From positions 7,874,001-7,938,000 of the forward strand of contig CATNEN010000002.1 of NCBI GenBank assembly GCA_950097015.1: a DNA stretch of 64,000 bases, written 5' to 3'. Under the pieces are notes generated by a model. The model ran no database searches and was not told where the DNA came from. It saw nothing but the letters and a program-made list of their open reading frames with translations. The stretch is from Macrostomum hystrix. Taxonomy: Eukaryota; Animalia; Platyhelminthes. The position numbers and the translations under genes are program-made. Shown piece by piece: positions 24,290 through 38,194 of this stretch (the stretch's first letter is position 1; each line of letters opens with the position of its first letter).

Positions 24290-24900
24290 GACGGCCCTTC
24301 AGACCGTCTAGTTATTCAACGGTTCTGGCTGAGGGTCCGATTTTTCCTACTTGTGAATTTCTAACCCCCATTCACGAACTCGCACTGCCTCAGTGCGGCC
24401 TTGCCAGGCCTTCAAACTTTTTCAGCACGTCACCCGAATGGGCCTGCATCATCTCCGACTTCGGTGGTCACCGACCTTTATCTATACGAAGCTGCTGTAT
24501 CTTTAACAAGTGGCACCTGCCAAATATGGACACCCTAGTGCAAATTTCTCCTATTTCGCTGATCAAGCCACTATACGAGTTTGGGACGAAGCTCAACCAC
24601 AGGACCCTCGCCTAGTCTGTCAACCAGTCAGTCACCACCCAAACACCGTCAGCACCGTCAGCAGAGTGCCTCCAGCTGGCTATGGATTCCCTAAAGCGAA
24701 TTTTTCTACTTTCGCTGATCATGCCTCAATATTGGCCTAAACTCCACAATTACTTGTTGAAGGTCCAGCAGTCCGTCTAGATAAAGGTATTTCTTTAGTC
24801 GGTGGTCGCGTGGCTCACCAGCTCGAGACAAGTCGATGTCTGCCAGCGAATGCGAGACCGAGTCCTTCAGCAGCCCGTCTCTCACAGCCACTTGGGAAGG
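24290..24900. repeat. Unclassified interspersed repeat fragments, homologous (inverted) to 31280-31520
   Basis: cactgcctcagtgcggcc...catcatctccgacttcggtggtcaccgacctttatcta is the reverse complement of 31315-31415; gaaggtcc.gcagtccgtctagataaaggta also occurs at 24760. Confidence 0.65.
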
Positions 24901-25028
24901 GGTGCATCATAGGAAGCTTCATCTGATTTTCTCTGGCCGCCACGTCGTTTAGCTGCCGCTTTCGTTCTTAGACCTCCTCCGCTCTGCTGCCAAAGCTCTC
25001 CATTCGCTTCAACTTTGGCTTCTAGTAG

Positions 25029-25195
25029 CTAGCTGTCACGCCCATTGGATCTTCCCAGACAGCTTCAGCTTCTTGTACCTAACTGTCACGCCCATCGGAT
25101 CTTCCCAGACAACTTCAGCTTCTTGTAGCTAGCTGTCACGCCCATCGGATCTTCCCAGACAGCTTCAGCTTCTTGTAGCTAGCTGTCACGCCAAT
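25029..25195. repeat. About 50-bp tandem repeat, 3 copies
   Basis: agctagctgtcacgcccatcggatcttcccagacagcttcagcttcttgt repeated three times. Confidence 0.85.
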
Positions 25196-26119
25196 CGGAG
25201 TTGAAGTCGCCGCTAAACTGGTGACAGTAAAGTGGCTTGCTCTGATTGGCCATGCGAAGACCGCTAATAACAGTTGTAATTGCGTGGTTTTCATCAGTGC
25301 CATCAAGTGACTCGTTTTGGTGTGCATTTGTGTAATGCTCAAAATGTGTTGAAGCAAGTATAATTATTCTGTACCACTTGCGCGGCCAGAGTACCTGTTA
25401 CAAGACCAGAATAACACTTACAGGACCAGAGTACCTCTTACAGGGCAAGAGTGCCACTTACCACTTACTGGACAAGAGTACAGTTGTATCCACTCCTTGT
25501 TGTACCCATGCAGCTTTTAAATGTTTTCGAACTGTTGTTTAATAAACAATATTTAGGATGTTATCCCATTGTTGGTGTACTAAGATTACACGTTTAAGAT
25601 CAAAATCATTTTTGTCTAGATTTTTAAAATTTGCGAAAATAGAGATTTTATACGATTAGTGATCGTTGATGACTATAAATTTAGCTTCTGGCGCTAAATG
25701 ATGAATTGAATCGCGTCTCCTTTGTTCTCATCAGCGGGAAGGTATAATTAAGCACTGCCCTCCGATCCTACTCAACCAACCAGATGCATTGTCAGCTCAT
25801 GCCGTTACACCTGACTGGCCCGGAACAGACGGGCATCAGATGCAGATAGCACTTGCTGACAATCCGAAAAATCAACGAGTACTGCTGGTTATAATACTCG
25901 TATTATTGTATTATTCTTATAATTATTTGCAGGTGGGCATTGGCACAACACTCGAAAATGGGCTGCGCGACAGCTAACTGCCGTTTTTTTCATCAACAAT
26001 CTTTTTATTAGTGAAACACCTTTACAAAAAACCTTAACAATTTTTAAAATACTTGTATTATATATATTATATTACGAGAATAAATTATCACACTTACATT
26101 TACATTAACAATGCATACA

Positions 26120-26420
26120 GCAGGGGTCAGCAACTTCCTGCCCATGGGCCATATGCAGGCTTTTGAAGTTCCTGTATTCGGCCACTGACCCCTTTAACAG
26201 CTCTCTTATACGTCTCATCGCGATCGCATGTCACAACTGTCTAATGTCTCGTTTCTTACCTGGCTCACCTCTATCCTGTCTCATATCTACCTGACTAGCT
26301 CACCCTTGCCCTGTCTCTTATCTCTCTCCTGCCTCATCACTTCTATGTCTTATTCCACAGTCAATGCGGCCCGTTTTCGTCTTTTGGATTCTCTCTTCGG
26401 CCCCGAGGTTTCTTAGGTTG
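26120..26420 (+). mobile_element. Degraded hAT MITE related to 51642-51925
   Basis: Starts caggggtcagcaac and shares the CT-rich interior; the right TIR is eroded. Confidence 0.6.
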
Positions 26421-26995
26421 CCTAAAAAAGTAAAACATATTTGATACTTATGTTTCTTTGTTTGTTAGTCATTTTGTCCTGTCTAATTAAATACTAACAT
26501 GGTGTTAATAGTAATCGAAGTGTTGATTTAAATAAAAGTTGTTGTCGCCGCAGGCAGCTGTCGCGCAGGCAGTTGTCGTAGAACCGCGTTCACTGTTATG
26601 TGCTATCGCAGGCAGAATGAGCAGTCATTCATTTGGGAGCTGCTTTGTATTCCAAACATTTGAACGCCGATCCGAATACGAGTATACATTTGTAATTTAA
26701 AGACAACACTCACGACTGCCACAGCTCTCCACTCGGTGATTTTTCAAAAGCTAAAAATACCGATAAATTGATACCTTGACGACAAAAGCAACACTGATTG
26801 GAAAGGAAGGCTTTTTAAAATCATCAGTTTCAGCACTCTCAACAAGATAGCAACGGCGCGATAAAAAATGCGATTCTCCAAAAACAGAGGCTCTTTTTAA
26901 GAAGCAATTAGTCTGAAATCTCGCGGATTCTGTCAGCTACTATCGAGTTTCTGAAAGTAGATCAAACAGGACTGCCATCGCTAAGATACCGATAA

Positions 26996-28107
26996 ATGCG
27001 CGGGGTTACTGGTCAGTAAAGAGCAACGAGTCTGCTCACGCTGCTCATACAAGAATACAATCATTAAGAATCCTTATTCAGCCACAATTACGGTCTTCAC
27101 TTTCAGAAATAATTTCGATTCTGCTCCTGAGCCTCGCCCAGCTGGCCCGCTGCGGCAGCGAGGCCGAGTGGCTCAGGGTGGAGACGTCACGGTGTCTGCC
27201 CGACGCTCTGGCTCTGCAGACAAGGCGAGCGTCAAGCAAGATCATGTGCATCGGCATTGCGAGCACAATGAGCGGTCTGTTGGTGGCCAATTTCGACTCG
27301 GACACTCGCCAGTGCTCGCTGTTTAAGTACATTGTCGTGTGCCACCCCATCAATGGACAAGCCAGCAATGGAATCAACACACTGCACAGCTGTGCTGCAT
27401 TCGCCAATGCCAGAGCCGTCAGCTTCATGACGCTGAGCAGGAAGCTGATGAGCAGTGTGGGCTCGAAGCTGCGTGCAGCGTGGGTGATGAGTGACGATGA
27501 GGAAGCCAGCAAGAGCAACTTGGTGTGCGGCGAGACGCAGCAGTGGCAGTCGGAGTCAGTCGAGTTCAGCAGCGAGGGAGCCAAGTTCAACGGAGTGTCA
27601 TCCAAGATGTGGCTGGACAATGTTCGCTTCGGTGAGGTGCAGCGGGGGCTCACTTGGCTGGTGCGGCTGAGGCAGAGCGAAGCTGGACCATTAATTGTGA
27701 ATTATGAGTGCGGCACGAAAGTTGTAAGGTTCTATCTCTACACTGGAATATCAAGTTTTTATGGACCGGTTTTCTTCAGAAACAACAGAACGTCGGACGG
27801 ATTCGCAGTTATGTGGGAGTCAAACATTTTTTCATCCAACAGTTTTGTTGACTTTGCAGTCATCTCGCCTTCTCAGGATGCGAATGAGCTAAGCATGATC
27901 CACAACTCAATTGCGGCTCCTAAATTTGAGTTTTATGTGCTGAGCATCGGCTACGAGGAGGCGTTTCAGAACTCAACATCCTGTTTCACTCTTGGTTTCG
28001 GCCATGAGAATGATTTTGTGCTGAATGCCACCGTGCGAGCCGTAGCTATTTACAATGATACTTCGAATGAAACTGAGACAAGCGATTTCTTCAAACTGAT
28101 GCACTGA
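26996..28107 (+). CDS. PAN-like + LamG/ConA-like secreted protein, copy 2 (338 aa)
   Basis: Exon1 26996-27011 (ATG CGC GGG GTT ACT G|gtcagt), acceptor ctttcag 27106, exon2 27107-28107; spliced length 1017 nt. Confidence 0.82.
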
Positions 28108-28912
28108 AGTCTTCTAAAACGATAACTTATGCCAATTTTGAAGCTTCTTACTAAGATTATAGCCGGATTTTTAAACCAATGAGACAAATAGTCTTAGCAG
28201 CCATCACGTACCTGTAAGAAGCATATATTCAAATTTGCTCGTAATTTTTAATTACATTTAGCTGCTTTTGGAATACTATTAGAAATATAAATTGTCTTAA
28301 TATTTTTAGTAAGCCACTAAAGAAAAAATGTGCAAACATAATGTGTGCATATACGAGTATTTGTGTGAATCCTTGCGTCAGTCGCGCTAGCTCCTTACTA
28401 TATCATAACAATTTTATCAGTCCATCATGAATACATATTAATTATTCGCTTTTTCGTACGCTAATCGAATTTCCAACTATGACTGTTTAACGAACCAGCC
28501 GGCTTTGATTTCCGTCAACAAATCCGAAGAATAGTCTAGAAGTCCTTGGTCCCGCTGTGCCTCGAGCTGAAACTGGAAGCTACGGCTCGGAGCCCTGACC
28601 TCGCCGATTAGAGAGTCAATGACCGAACTGGTGGCAGCAGGTGAGCTTTAATGGCTCCCTGCCTCTCTACAATGCGTAACAGCAATGAAAAGCAGAACTG
28701 TTTGCAAAAATCAAACGTTCAAAACAATAGGATGATCGACAACAGCTGCTCCAAGTTTCGAAAGCTTATTTGCGAGTTGCAGAGCTTCACTTCGGAGAGT
28801 CGGCCTCTCAAAAGCTCGACCTGGCATCGGACTGAGTCCAGCCGCACCAGCTAAAATCCCAGCACGATGACTATTGCTACTCTAACCTGGATCAGGTGGC
28901 CAGCTCCATGAA

Positions 28913-29277
28913 GTTTCAGCTGTGCGCTCCGTTGGCAGCAGCCAACACGTGCTGTACAACCCCAGTTTCAGCTGTGCGCTCCGTTGGCAGCAGCCAACAC
29001 GTGCTGTACAACCCCAGTTTCAGCTGTGCGCTCCGTTGGCAGCAGCCAACACGTGCTGTACAACCCCAGTTTCAGCTGTGCGCTCCGTTGGCAGCAGCCA
29101 ACACGTGCTGTACAACCCCAGTTTCAGCTGTGCGCTCCGTTGGCAGCAGCCAACACGTGCTGTACAACCCCAGTTTCAGCTGTGCGCTCCGTTGGCAGCA
29201 GCCAACACGTGCTGTGCAACCCCAGTTTCAGCTGTGCGCTCCGTTGGCAGCAGCCAACACGTGCTGTGCAACCCCCA
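28913..29277. repeat. 52-bp minisatellite, 7 near-identical copies
   Basis: Unit gtttcagctgtgcgctccgttggcagcagccaacacgtgctgtacaacccca at 52-bp spacing. Confidence 0.95.
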
Positions 29278-32059
29278 AGCTAAAGGTGTGCCTCATGCTG
29301 CATTTCTCCGACGCTCAGGTTGAGGAGGCGATCGAAAGGTAGCGCCGACAATGAAAAGTTCAGCGTCAGACTTGCTCGACCTTGTCACATCAGCACTGTC
29401 TGTTTGGAACTTTCTGAATCTAATTAAGCTTTCATGTTCGCAATTTTTCCGCAAGTCTAGACTCATATGAAGAAATGTAAAAGTAAATGCAAGAAAAACT
29501 AAAAAAATGCAAGCTTGAAAGTATGGATACGTTAGAACACAGGGGCACGACACTGAATGGATCATGGAGGTTGCATGGGATTATGGTGTATTGTGAACGT
29601 GGCATTGTGCAAAAACCAGACTGTAAACGCTAGAATAACAAAGGGCCAAAGGACTGCAGTTTATGTGCCTCATAGACGAACTCAAATCTGTGCTGGTACG
29701 AGCGTACGTGCTGGAGCAACCTGTGAATAGGTACTATCGACTAGTGTGCCTGCGTTGTCATAATCACCTCCATGTGACTGTGGTGGCTGGACATGATGTT
29801 CAGTGGAAAGTTCCAATTGATTCAGCTCAGCGTCCGAATAGTGAAAAATGTGGCAGTCACCTGACTTTCGACATTGCACTCGTAGGTTGGCCTTGAATGA
29901 GATACGGCCAACGAATTTTACACAGCAAGGTTGAATCTGTTGCCAGCATCACCGATCGGAACAATGTTGAATGAACGGATTTCGTTTCTGGTAAAAATAT
30001 GAAGGTGACGTTCTGAAGCTGCACGTTCAAGTTTGCCTCTACGGTGCAGGGCTGTGTAGCAGCTGCGAATATATATTTTTTGTTTATATTTGTTATATTT
30101 ATCGGTGCTAGCGCGCCGATGAAACTTCTTTACTCTGATTGGCTGGGCGCTTCAGTGCATGTGCACTGCGACGTGTGGTTTAGTGCGTGGCTAGCACCGG
30201 GAGTTGGGCAGTCAGGCCTGACCACCCTCCCTCAATTCCTTGGGTCTGGAGAAGTATATAATAAACAAAGACTTTATAGAGGGATCAGTTAAGCGAGCTG
30301 GCTCTTCGCGTTCCTTTTCCTTAACTTAATAGTCTTATTAGAAAGCGTACTTAACACACTGAGCCAGTTAGAGCTGCTTGGAACTATGCCGCAGACTCAT
30401 TATGGACATTCAGCTGTATCAGCCGCAGCATTCTGAAACACTAAGCAAGCGCGACTGACTACTTGCATGCCTTTGGGAGCAGAACCTCTCACACTTAATA
30501 AGGGCGCAACAGGGCGTAAGGAATCCAAGACTGTCACCTGTGCGCAGGGCTTGGGCACAGGCTCACAATATGAGCGCTAACATAGGCTAAATATTTTACT
30601 TGGAATGATGAAAGAGGAACCGCGTAGAGAGGGACTGACGATAACGCGCGATATACACTCAGAAACATGTTAAACCGCACACCTGAGCGAGACCCAACTT
30701 TTTGCTACCCATGCATTGTCTCAATCAATTGCGCATCGCGCATTTTTTACCCGCTTGCGGCATTGAATCGAGGGCTGGAGGGACAAGCAGCAGTGTGATT
30801 GTTGCGCCAGCACAGTGTGTGAATAAAAGTACCTGTCTGAGTGGCTGACTGAGTTGCAGCGTTGACTTCCAGTATCATGAGTGTGTGGTTTAACATGTAA
30901 GTGAGTGTAGTTATTGAACCAAATGGGGGAGAGATAATTGAGGCAGGCACTTGGGGGGGAAGACATGGTTAGAGAATAAGAATATTTAGTAGTTGGGGTG
31001 AGGCGGCGGCCAATCAGAAAAGAGTAAGGGAGAGAGATCAGCCACAGGCGGAGATAACGAGAGAGAAAAACTAGATTAACAGTAGGACTACCTAGCCATT
31101 TTGGGGGGGGAATCCTGAAAACATTTTTGGCAGCGCCTGAAAGCTAACCGCGTAGGGTGGTGACTGATTGGTTGACAGACTAGGCGATGGTGTCCTGTAG
31201 TTGAGCTGCGCCTAATATTTAGGCTTCAGCGGTGAAATTTTAGAAATTCGCGTCAGGGTGTCCAGAGAGGCCTATTTCCACAGTTTTTGCATTTGAAGGT
31301 CCCGCAGTCCGTCTAGATAAAGGTAGGTGACCACCAAAGACGGAGATGATGCAGGCACATTCGGGTGACATGCTGATAAAGTTTGAAGGTCTGGAAAGGC
31401 CGCACTGAGGCGCAGTGCAAATTCGTGTATAGGGTGTATGAAATACACTAGCTCTTATGGGAAAAATCGGACCTTCGGCCAGAAACATTGAATATCTCGA
31501 CGGTCTGAAGAGCTGGCGACTTGTTTCTTGTTTCAGAAGAGGCGCAACAAAAAGTTGGCCCGTGTTCTGAGTTTCGTGTGCTTGCATTGTTCCGTTCGGG
31601 TGCAGCAAAAAAATTGTCAGGGGGGGGGAAATTCCCCCCCTTGGTAGTTCTACTGTTAAACTGGACGATGTAAAGAAGAAAAGTGCAAAGAACAAGAGTG
31701 AAACATGCTCACTGCTTCACAAATGTCAACCTCTTTGTGCTGTACACAACTGCGACAGACTGCATGCCGGTGTAAGTGAAACCTTTATTAAACACCCATA
31801 ATGAAATTCGTGTGCATATATAGTACACCTTTGTCGCGTGTATGAAGGGTGGGCGAGGCATCAAATTACGCTTCCTTCCTTCACTTTCGTGCTTCAGTTC
31901 TTAACATTTCTATTAGGAGATGCTTTGTGCCGCTGACAAGGGATAGCAAGTCAACAATTCAAAAGGTTGGCTGCCGTCGGTCGAAAGCAGTTTCTCCGAA
32001 AATCTGAACTTTCATTGTTATCAATGCTTAATTTAAGCTTGCTCAATAATTAATAATAA

Positions 32060-32310
32060 TAATTGATTACACCTGCCCCAATTGGGTCAGGTGTGCAGCC
32101 GACAGCACAGCCGCAGCTAATGGACTGGAGGGACACCACACCTACCTTCAATTATCCCAGCTAATCCTGGTACCTATTTAACGGCTGGGTAAACTTAAGC
32201 ACTGCAGAGTTAAGTGTCTTGCTAAAGGACACAAGTTTTTCAGTGGAGTCGGGAATGGAACCCCGGACCTTTAAGTCGTGAGTCCGACGCCCTAACCACT
32301 AGGCTACAAC
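32060..32310 (-). mobile_element. tRNA-headed CORE-like SINE (family B), best-preserved copy
   Basis: Minus strand gtagcctagtggttagggcgtcggactcacgact..ggggttccattccc, then gtgtcctttagcaagacacttaactc...tttacccagccgttaaataggtacc and an (att)n tail. Confidence 0.75.
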
Positions 32311-33032
32311 ATCTCCTCCTTGCTCAATGCTCATTTAAAACGGAGAGATCAGAAAATTGCTTGCAGCTTGGACAATATTTAACGCAAATTCAGGTGAAGA
32401 ACCGGGCCTTGTTACCGGATTGGCAAATCCGGTTCACTATAAAAGACTGGTCGAAATCCCGTAATTCAACCAGTAGCGGAAAACCCGGTGACAACAAGCG
32501 TACTAGTACACGAAAGGCATATTTTCCGGTTTTAGCCCTCAGTTCCGGTTGAAATGGTTAGGTTCACAGTGAGTTATCATGAGGCTTATTGGTAGTTTTG
32601 CTTCATAGGCACTATGTCTATGCCATGTTCTGATGTCAACCGGTTCAAAGATGCTTCAGTAGCTATTTATAGAGCCGAAAATTCTACCAAAGAGAATGGG
32701 CTCGGGTGAACCGAGACATTAAGACCGGCACTAGGGCCTAGTCTTGAACAATTTCCAAGGAACAGTTAGAGCAGTCGAGATAACAGTTAAGCCTTGGTTT
32801 TCTTGAACTTGGTGAAAATTTGCAATGACACATTGTGATTGGGCTGCGGGAAGAGGCGCTTATAGTTCACAATGCATTCCGATTGGGGGGGGGAGAGGAA
32901 GCATCACCGCAGCTTGCATCAAGAAATAACTGACGCCGTTCATACAGCAGCCGTATAAGTGCTCCCTGGGACGCCTTCCATCTCAAACGGATGACCCTGA
33001 AGGTATCTACTCTGTAGTAGAAGCTTCTCATC

Positions 33033-34114
33033 ATGGGTCTTCTCGCAAGTGAGTCGAATGCATGGCATTTTAAATTAGGGAAAAGCGACACTAAAGCCCT
33101 CAATTCCTGAAAAAGTCATACAACATTTCAGGTGTTGCTTTGTTTTCGCTCCTGAGCCTCGCCCAGCTGGCCCGCTGCGGCAGCGAGGCCGAGTGGCTCA
33201 GGGTGGAGACGTCACGGTGTCTGCCCGACGCTCTGGCTCTGCAGACAAGGCGAGTGTCAAGCAAGATCATGTGCATCGGCATTGCGAGCACAATGAGCGG
33301 TCTGTTGGTGGCCCAGTTCAACTCGGACACTCGCCAGTGCTCGCTGTTCAAGTACATTGTCGTGTGCCACCTCATCGATGGACAAGCCAGCAATGGAATC
33401 AACGCACTGCACAGCTGTGCTGCATTCGCCAATGCCAGAGCCGTCAGCTTCATGACGCTGAGCAGGAAGCTGATGAGCAGTGTGGGCTCGAAGCTGCGTG
33501 CAGCGTGGGTGATGAGTGACGATGAGGAAGCCAGCAAGAGCAACTTGGTATGCGGCGAGACGCAGCAGTGGCAGTCGGAGTCAGTCGAGTTCAGCAGCGA
33601 AGGAGTCAGCTTCTATGTCGAGTCGTCAAAAATGTCGATGGAAAACGTGGATTTTGGCGAAAATCATCAGGGGCTTTCTTTTATGCTTAGAATGAGGCAT
33701 GGTGATCCAGGTTTAATTCTCACAAAAGTTAAATGTGACTTGTCAGCAATCTGGTATAGTCTTATGAAACCAGATTCGGAAAACAAGTTATTTTTTTTAA
33801 GAAACTTTGGTTTTTACTTGGGTAGCACTGAATCTTGCCCGTTCAACTCTCGTGATTTTGTCGATTTAGCTGTCATGTCGCCTTCAATGAACATGAGTCA
33901 GGTTCTGTTCGCTTGCAACTCACAGTTTTATAGTTCACACAGTGATCTCGGCTATACCTATGGAATCAAGCCGAGTGTTAGTTCTCCTGATTGCTTAACT
34001 TTGGGAGCAGTCGACTCAGCTGGAGAAGTTAACAGCACGATACGGGCAGTGGCCATTGCGAATGACACCCTGAGTGAGACTGAAATCAGCGACTTCTTCG
34101 GCCTGGTCCGCTGA
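33033..34114 (+). CDS. PAN-like + LamG/ConA-like secreted protein, copy 3 (332 aa)
   Basis: Exon1 33033-33048 (ATG GGT CTT CTC GCA A|gtgagt), acceptor catttcag 33131, exon2 33132-34114; spliced length 999 nt. Confidence 0.85.
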
Positions 34115-34704
34115 CTAGATTGCTTTGGAACAATTCTTGAATTTTCTCACATTGAGGCGAACGCTGCGTCTGTGTCTCGCAGCGAGACGGGGTCTTCTGC
34201 CTTGTTATATTTGTCTCTGCTTTACATTTGAACTTTAGCTTATTCGTACGAGATACTCGTATTTAGATACTTGTGCCTTCGATGGTGATATTCGTATTTC
34301 AATCAGAAATAAACTAGAACTGCGGCTAAAATCTTGTCTATCTCTGGCCCAATGCTTTTCGGGCCCTCTAAAGTCTGTGCTTACGATCAATTGAGGCGAG
34401 AAAACATTCTGCATAATTTCTAAATTGGCTAGCAAGTTTCATCCATCAAATCGCAACGTTTTCCAAATGCTGACAATGCTTAGCATTTTTTGGCTTCGTT
34501 CTTGACATATGCGCTCATGGTTCAAGCTGACAGTCAGTTTGTTCTCGGGACTTTAACTTCGTCAAATCTTGACTAACTCGGTCGCGACGGACCAGCAGAT
34601 TCTTTGCCCAGTCTGCAGTCAGCCTGATCTGGGATTAGAGCGTCTACGATCCATCCCATTTCCAAGGACTGAAGCGAGGCGATCGCTGCTGCACTACTGA
34701 CTCT

Positions 34705-35022
34705 GTGCTCACAGTCGACCCGCAGCCAGCGAGGAGGCAATTCTGCTCATTCCGCTGACTCCTGAACACACACGCACACAAATAACCGTACGTAGGCACA
34801 CAATCACACAGGTGTGTAAATCTGCCTTGAATTTCTCATCGACACGCAGTGTACACTTCACTGTGCCTTGGAGGTTGGCCCTCAAGGGCGTAAATTGCAC
34901 GACCAGCCCCAAAGCCTTCTCTCCGCGTCTGCGCTCCAAATGAATGTGGCCTCGCCACGGAATCGAGCTCAGGGACCTTGGTGCAATGGTAAACGCGTTT
35001 AACCTCTTTGCCACTCACCCAG
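34705..35022 (-). mobile_element. SINE family A
   Basis: Reverse complement of the family A head and body. Confidence 0.85.
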
Positions 35023-35689
35023 TCAAGACTGTTTTTTTCTGTTGGATTGAATTCATAATTGAAATCTGAATCGTTCTTGTTCGGCAAATGAAAGCATATT
35101 TTTAGCCACATCAATTTCCTTCAGCCAGAGTATCAACTAGTGCCTAGCTAAAAAACTGTAGATTTTTTGCGGATAAAAACTATCTAAATAAAATGCTTTC
35201 ACTGTTGCATCAAATCTCACTGATTCTGGTGATCCGATTGTAGAAGATGCTTTGTGAGGCCTACACACCTTTTTTATTTTGGAAGCTAGCTGAGCAGCAG
35301 TGAAAAAGTGAACAGAAGAGCTAGCGAAGCGAACCACCTGCAGCCACCGGTGCGGAGTAAGAGCGATGTGGTTAGGAAACAATGAAAGCTTCGTCTGTCA
35401 CTTCAGCTTGCGAGCCAACTGCCTGGCTAGCTCCGCTTGAAGATACTGACAAAACTAAGTGTTTTCAAGCATAACCCCTGCAGTCAGATTGAAAAAATGA
35501 TCATCTATGCTCAGAATTGTAGCTTTTCGTAATTAAAATAATATTTTATACGAGAAACTCAAATTTAATAACTTCTTGACTGCTTGAAACGTTTTTTGAA
35601 GTTATTTTCTCGGAATTGTCCTTCGCGACCAAATCTGCGACCTTACTATGCACAATGGGCATTAAACAAAAATGTACATGTATATGCAG

Positions 35690-36020
35690 GAGGGCTGCTG
35701 GCACATCATTTGGTTACACTCGACTCGCAGCCAGCGGGCAGGCAAGTCTGCCCATTCGGCTGACACCTGAGCCCACACGCACACAGATACCGTACGCAGC
35801 ATGCGCTCCCACAGGTTTGTACACCTGCCTGACTTTCTCATCATATAGGGAGTGTACACTACCACTGTGCCTTGAAGGTTGGTCCTCCAGGGCTTAAATT
35901 GCACGAAAAGCCCGGACGCCTTATCAACGCCCCAGATTAATATGGCCTCGACCCGGAATCGAGCTCATGGACCTTGGTGCGAGAGGCAAACACGTTGGAC
36001 GGCTCTGCCACTCACCCCCT
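35690..36020 (-). mobile_element. SINE family A
   Basis: Reverse complement of the family A head and body. Confidence 0.85.
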
Positions 36021-38194
36021 GTGAGCAAGTCCATTCTCTCTGTGCGAGAACTTTTTGTGGGGCTAAGCATAAAATACATTTCGATTCCATATACTAGAGC
36101 ACTGCTGTGATGGCACAGACGGGGCCCGCTGTCCCTCGCGGAAAAATGACCTGCCATGAGTGCAACAGTGCAGTTGTCAGCGGACTTTTTTGTGAATCGA
36201 GAGTCAAATACTTGCCGAAGGAAAATCTGCTTGATGCTTCAAAAACAAGCTGGAAATGCGAACTAGATTGTGCCTTAAGCTCTGAATTTAGAACTATTTT
36301 GCAAGCAAAATAGTTTAAATAGCATCAAATCAGCAAGACAGTCATATTAGATTTTTCTCCTTTCTGCTATTAATCCTTTCCAGCAATATTTTTACTTTTT
36401 AATTCAACAACTGGCCGATTTTAAACAATATTTTCTTTCTCCCTATCCCGATGTTTCACTGTGACTATATATATATATATATATAATAAAGCTTCAGGTC
36501 CCATCAGGGTCCCATGCTCCCATCCCCATCCCCTGAAACCACAGTGTACAAGGCACTAGCTCTTTCGGTCAAGGGGCGAGTGGGTGAGCGGCTAACGTCG
36601 CTGCCTCGCACTCCAAAGGACGCTAGTTCGATTCACCCTTCAAGTCACGATTAATTTCGGGACTTGTTAGTGGGTTTGGACAGTAGCGACCGGCGGAGGT
36701 GCACCATATTTCGTGCAATCAAAGCTTGAAATAATAGCTTCGCTCCTACCTTCTGTGTGCCTGTTCTGCGTTGTATGAGTTTGTGCGTTGGCGCTGGTGC
36801 GTTAGGCCTTGCGGGGGGTGGCTGGAGGGTGGGTGTACACCGCCGCGAGCTCTCTGGAATTCCGTCAGCGCGATTGGATAAGTGTACACTCATCACCCGG
36901 CCCCCCCCTGAGGACTGATTTCTTATCAGCCTTCCGCCCCGGCTTGGTCTGCTCTGTGCGTGTGGGGCTGGGGTGGGGGGCACTGCTGCCTATTCTGGGT
37001 GCCTCCTGCCCTCCCCGGCTGGTCTGTGCTGCTGTGTGTGGTGCCTGCTCAGGGGAGGCGGCGCGATGGGCGCAAAAGCGCCTAGTTCGCCGGTCTGGGG
37101 GCGTGCCGCTCCGTCGCTTGTGCGACAAGTGCCCCGGGCCCCCTGCAAATAGATAGATAGAGAGCTCTTTCGGTCAGTACAGTACCATATCAATCTCAGT
37201 ATTAGCAGTACCATAGAGACAATATGGAATATAAATTCTGGGCACGAACTCGCCGCCGAAGTGGGCAGCAACCCAGATAATGGCCCTCATCTGCTAATGC
37301 TGCCCATTCCGACGTCGTTGAATAACTTATTCCTGTGGCCGCACTGTACATGAGCATGTATTGACTTTCGACTGGTCAATGCATACTGTCTACCTCACAT
37401 ATAAGTCGCCTATATTTTAACCAATGCTCATGTAAATTGGAAAGGCACGTTCTTAGCCTATGGACGACAGTAAAAGTGCAAAATCACAGCTCAAAGAAGA
37501 TCAAGAAGAAGAACAACAACAGCAACAACAACGATTGCAGCTGATGAGAAGCATTTGTCTGCTCTTTCACTGCAAATATTCCAAATATTTATGAAGACTC
37601 TGGAATTTTAGAACGGCTTGCACTTATTCACGTGACAAAGCAGGTAAAATTTGAATACCTTCTCTGTGATAACAAATACTCTCTAGCAGACTCTCAAAGT
37701 GTCTGAAGGGCTCGGCTAATCCCTGAGTCGACGGAAAAATCTCCAGGCGTTCCCACTCGACTCGCGCACTCCAACTAGCCGAGAAAACGATGTCTAGACT
37801 GAGTCAAACGATACTCAGCAAACCAAGAGAGAGAAGCAGCTAGCAGCAGTGCCATGATGGAGTTATGAGCTGTAGCTTGACGAAAGTTCTCAGGCTCATG
37901 GACACCAGACATAGGAACAGACGTAGGAATTCCTCTCACCTATGCAATGCAGCGCATACAATTGCGTTTAGTACGCCTTAAGGTAGAATTGGGAACAAAT
38001 ACTTCGGCAGACAACCCAAGGTAAGCGATGATGAGTAGAAAGTAGAAACAGGCCACTGTTGTCATGGCAACAGGCTCTGAGGATAAACCCAAGTAAGTCA
38101 ATACAAATACAAAGCACTTCTTCTTAAAATTAATAATCTGGCGCATAGCTCGTACTGCAAGCCAGTCATTATTTTCGACCAACTGCGCTTTGAA

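Noticed and set aside
32240-32310. tRNA-like sequence on the minus strand (also 36575-36645)
   Set aside because: T-loop is mutated and the sequence continues into a SINE body or unpaired acceptor stem; treated as SINE head or tRNA-derived remnant, not a tRNA gene.
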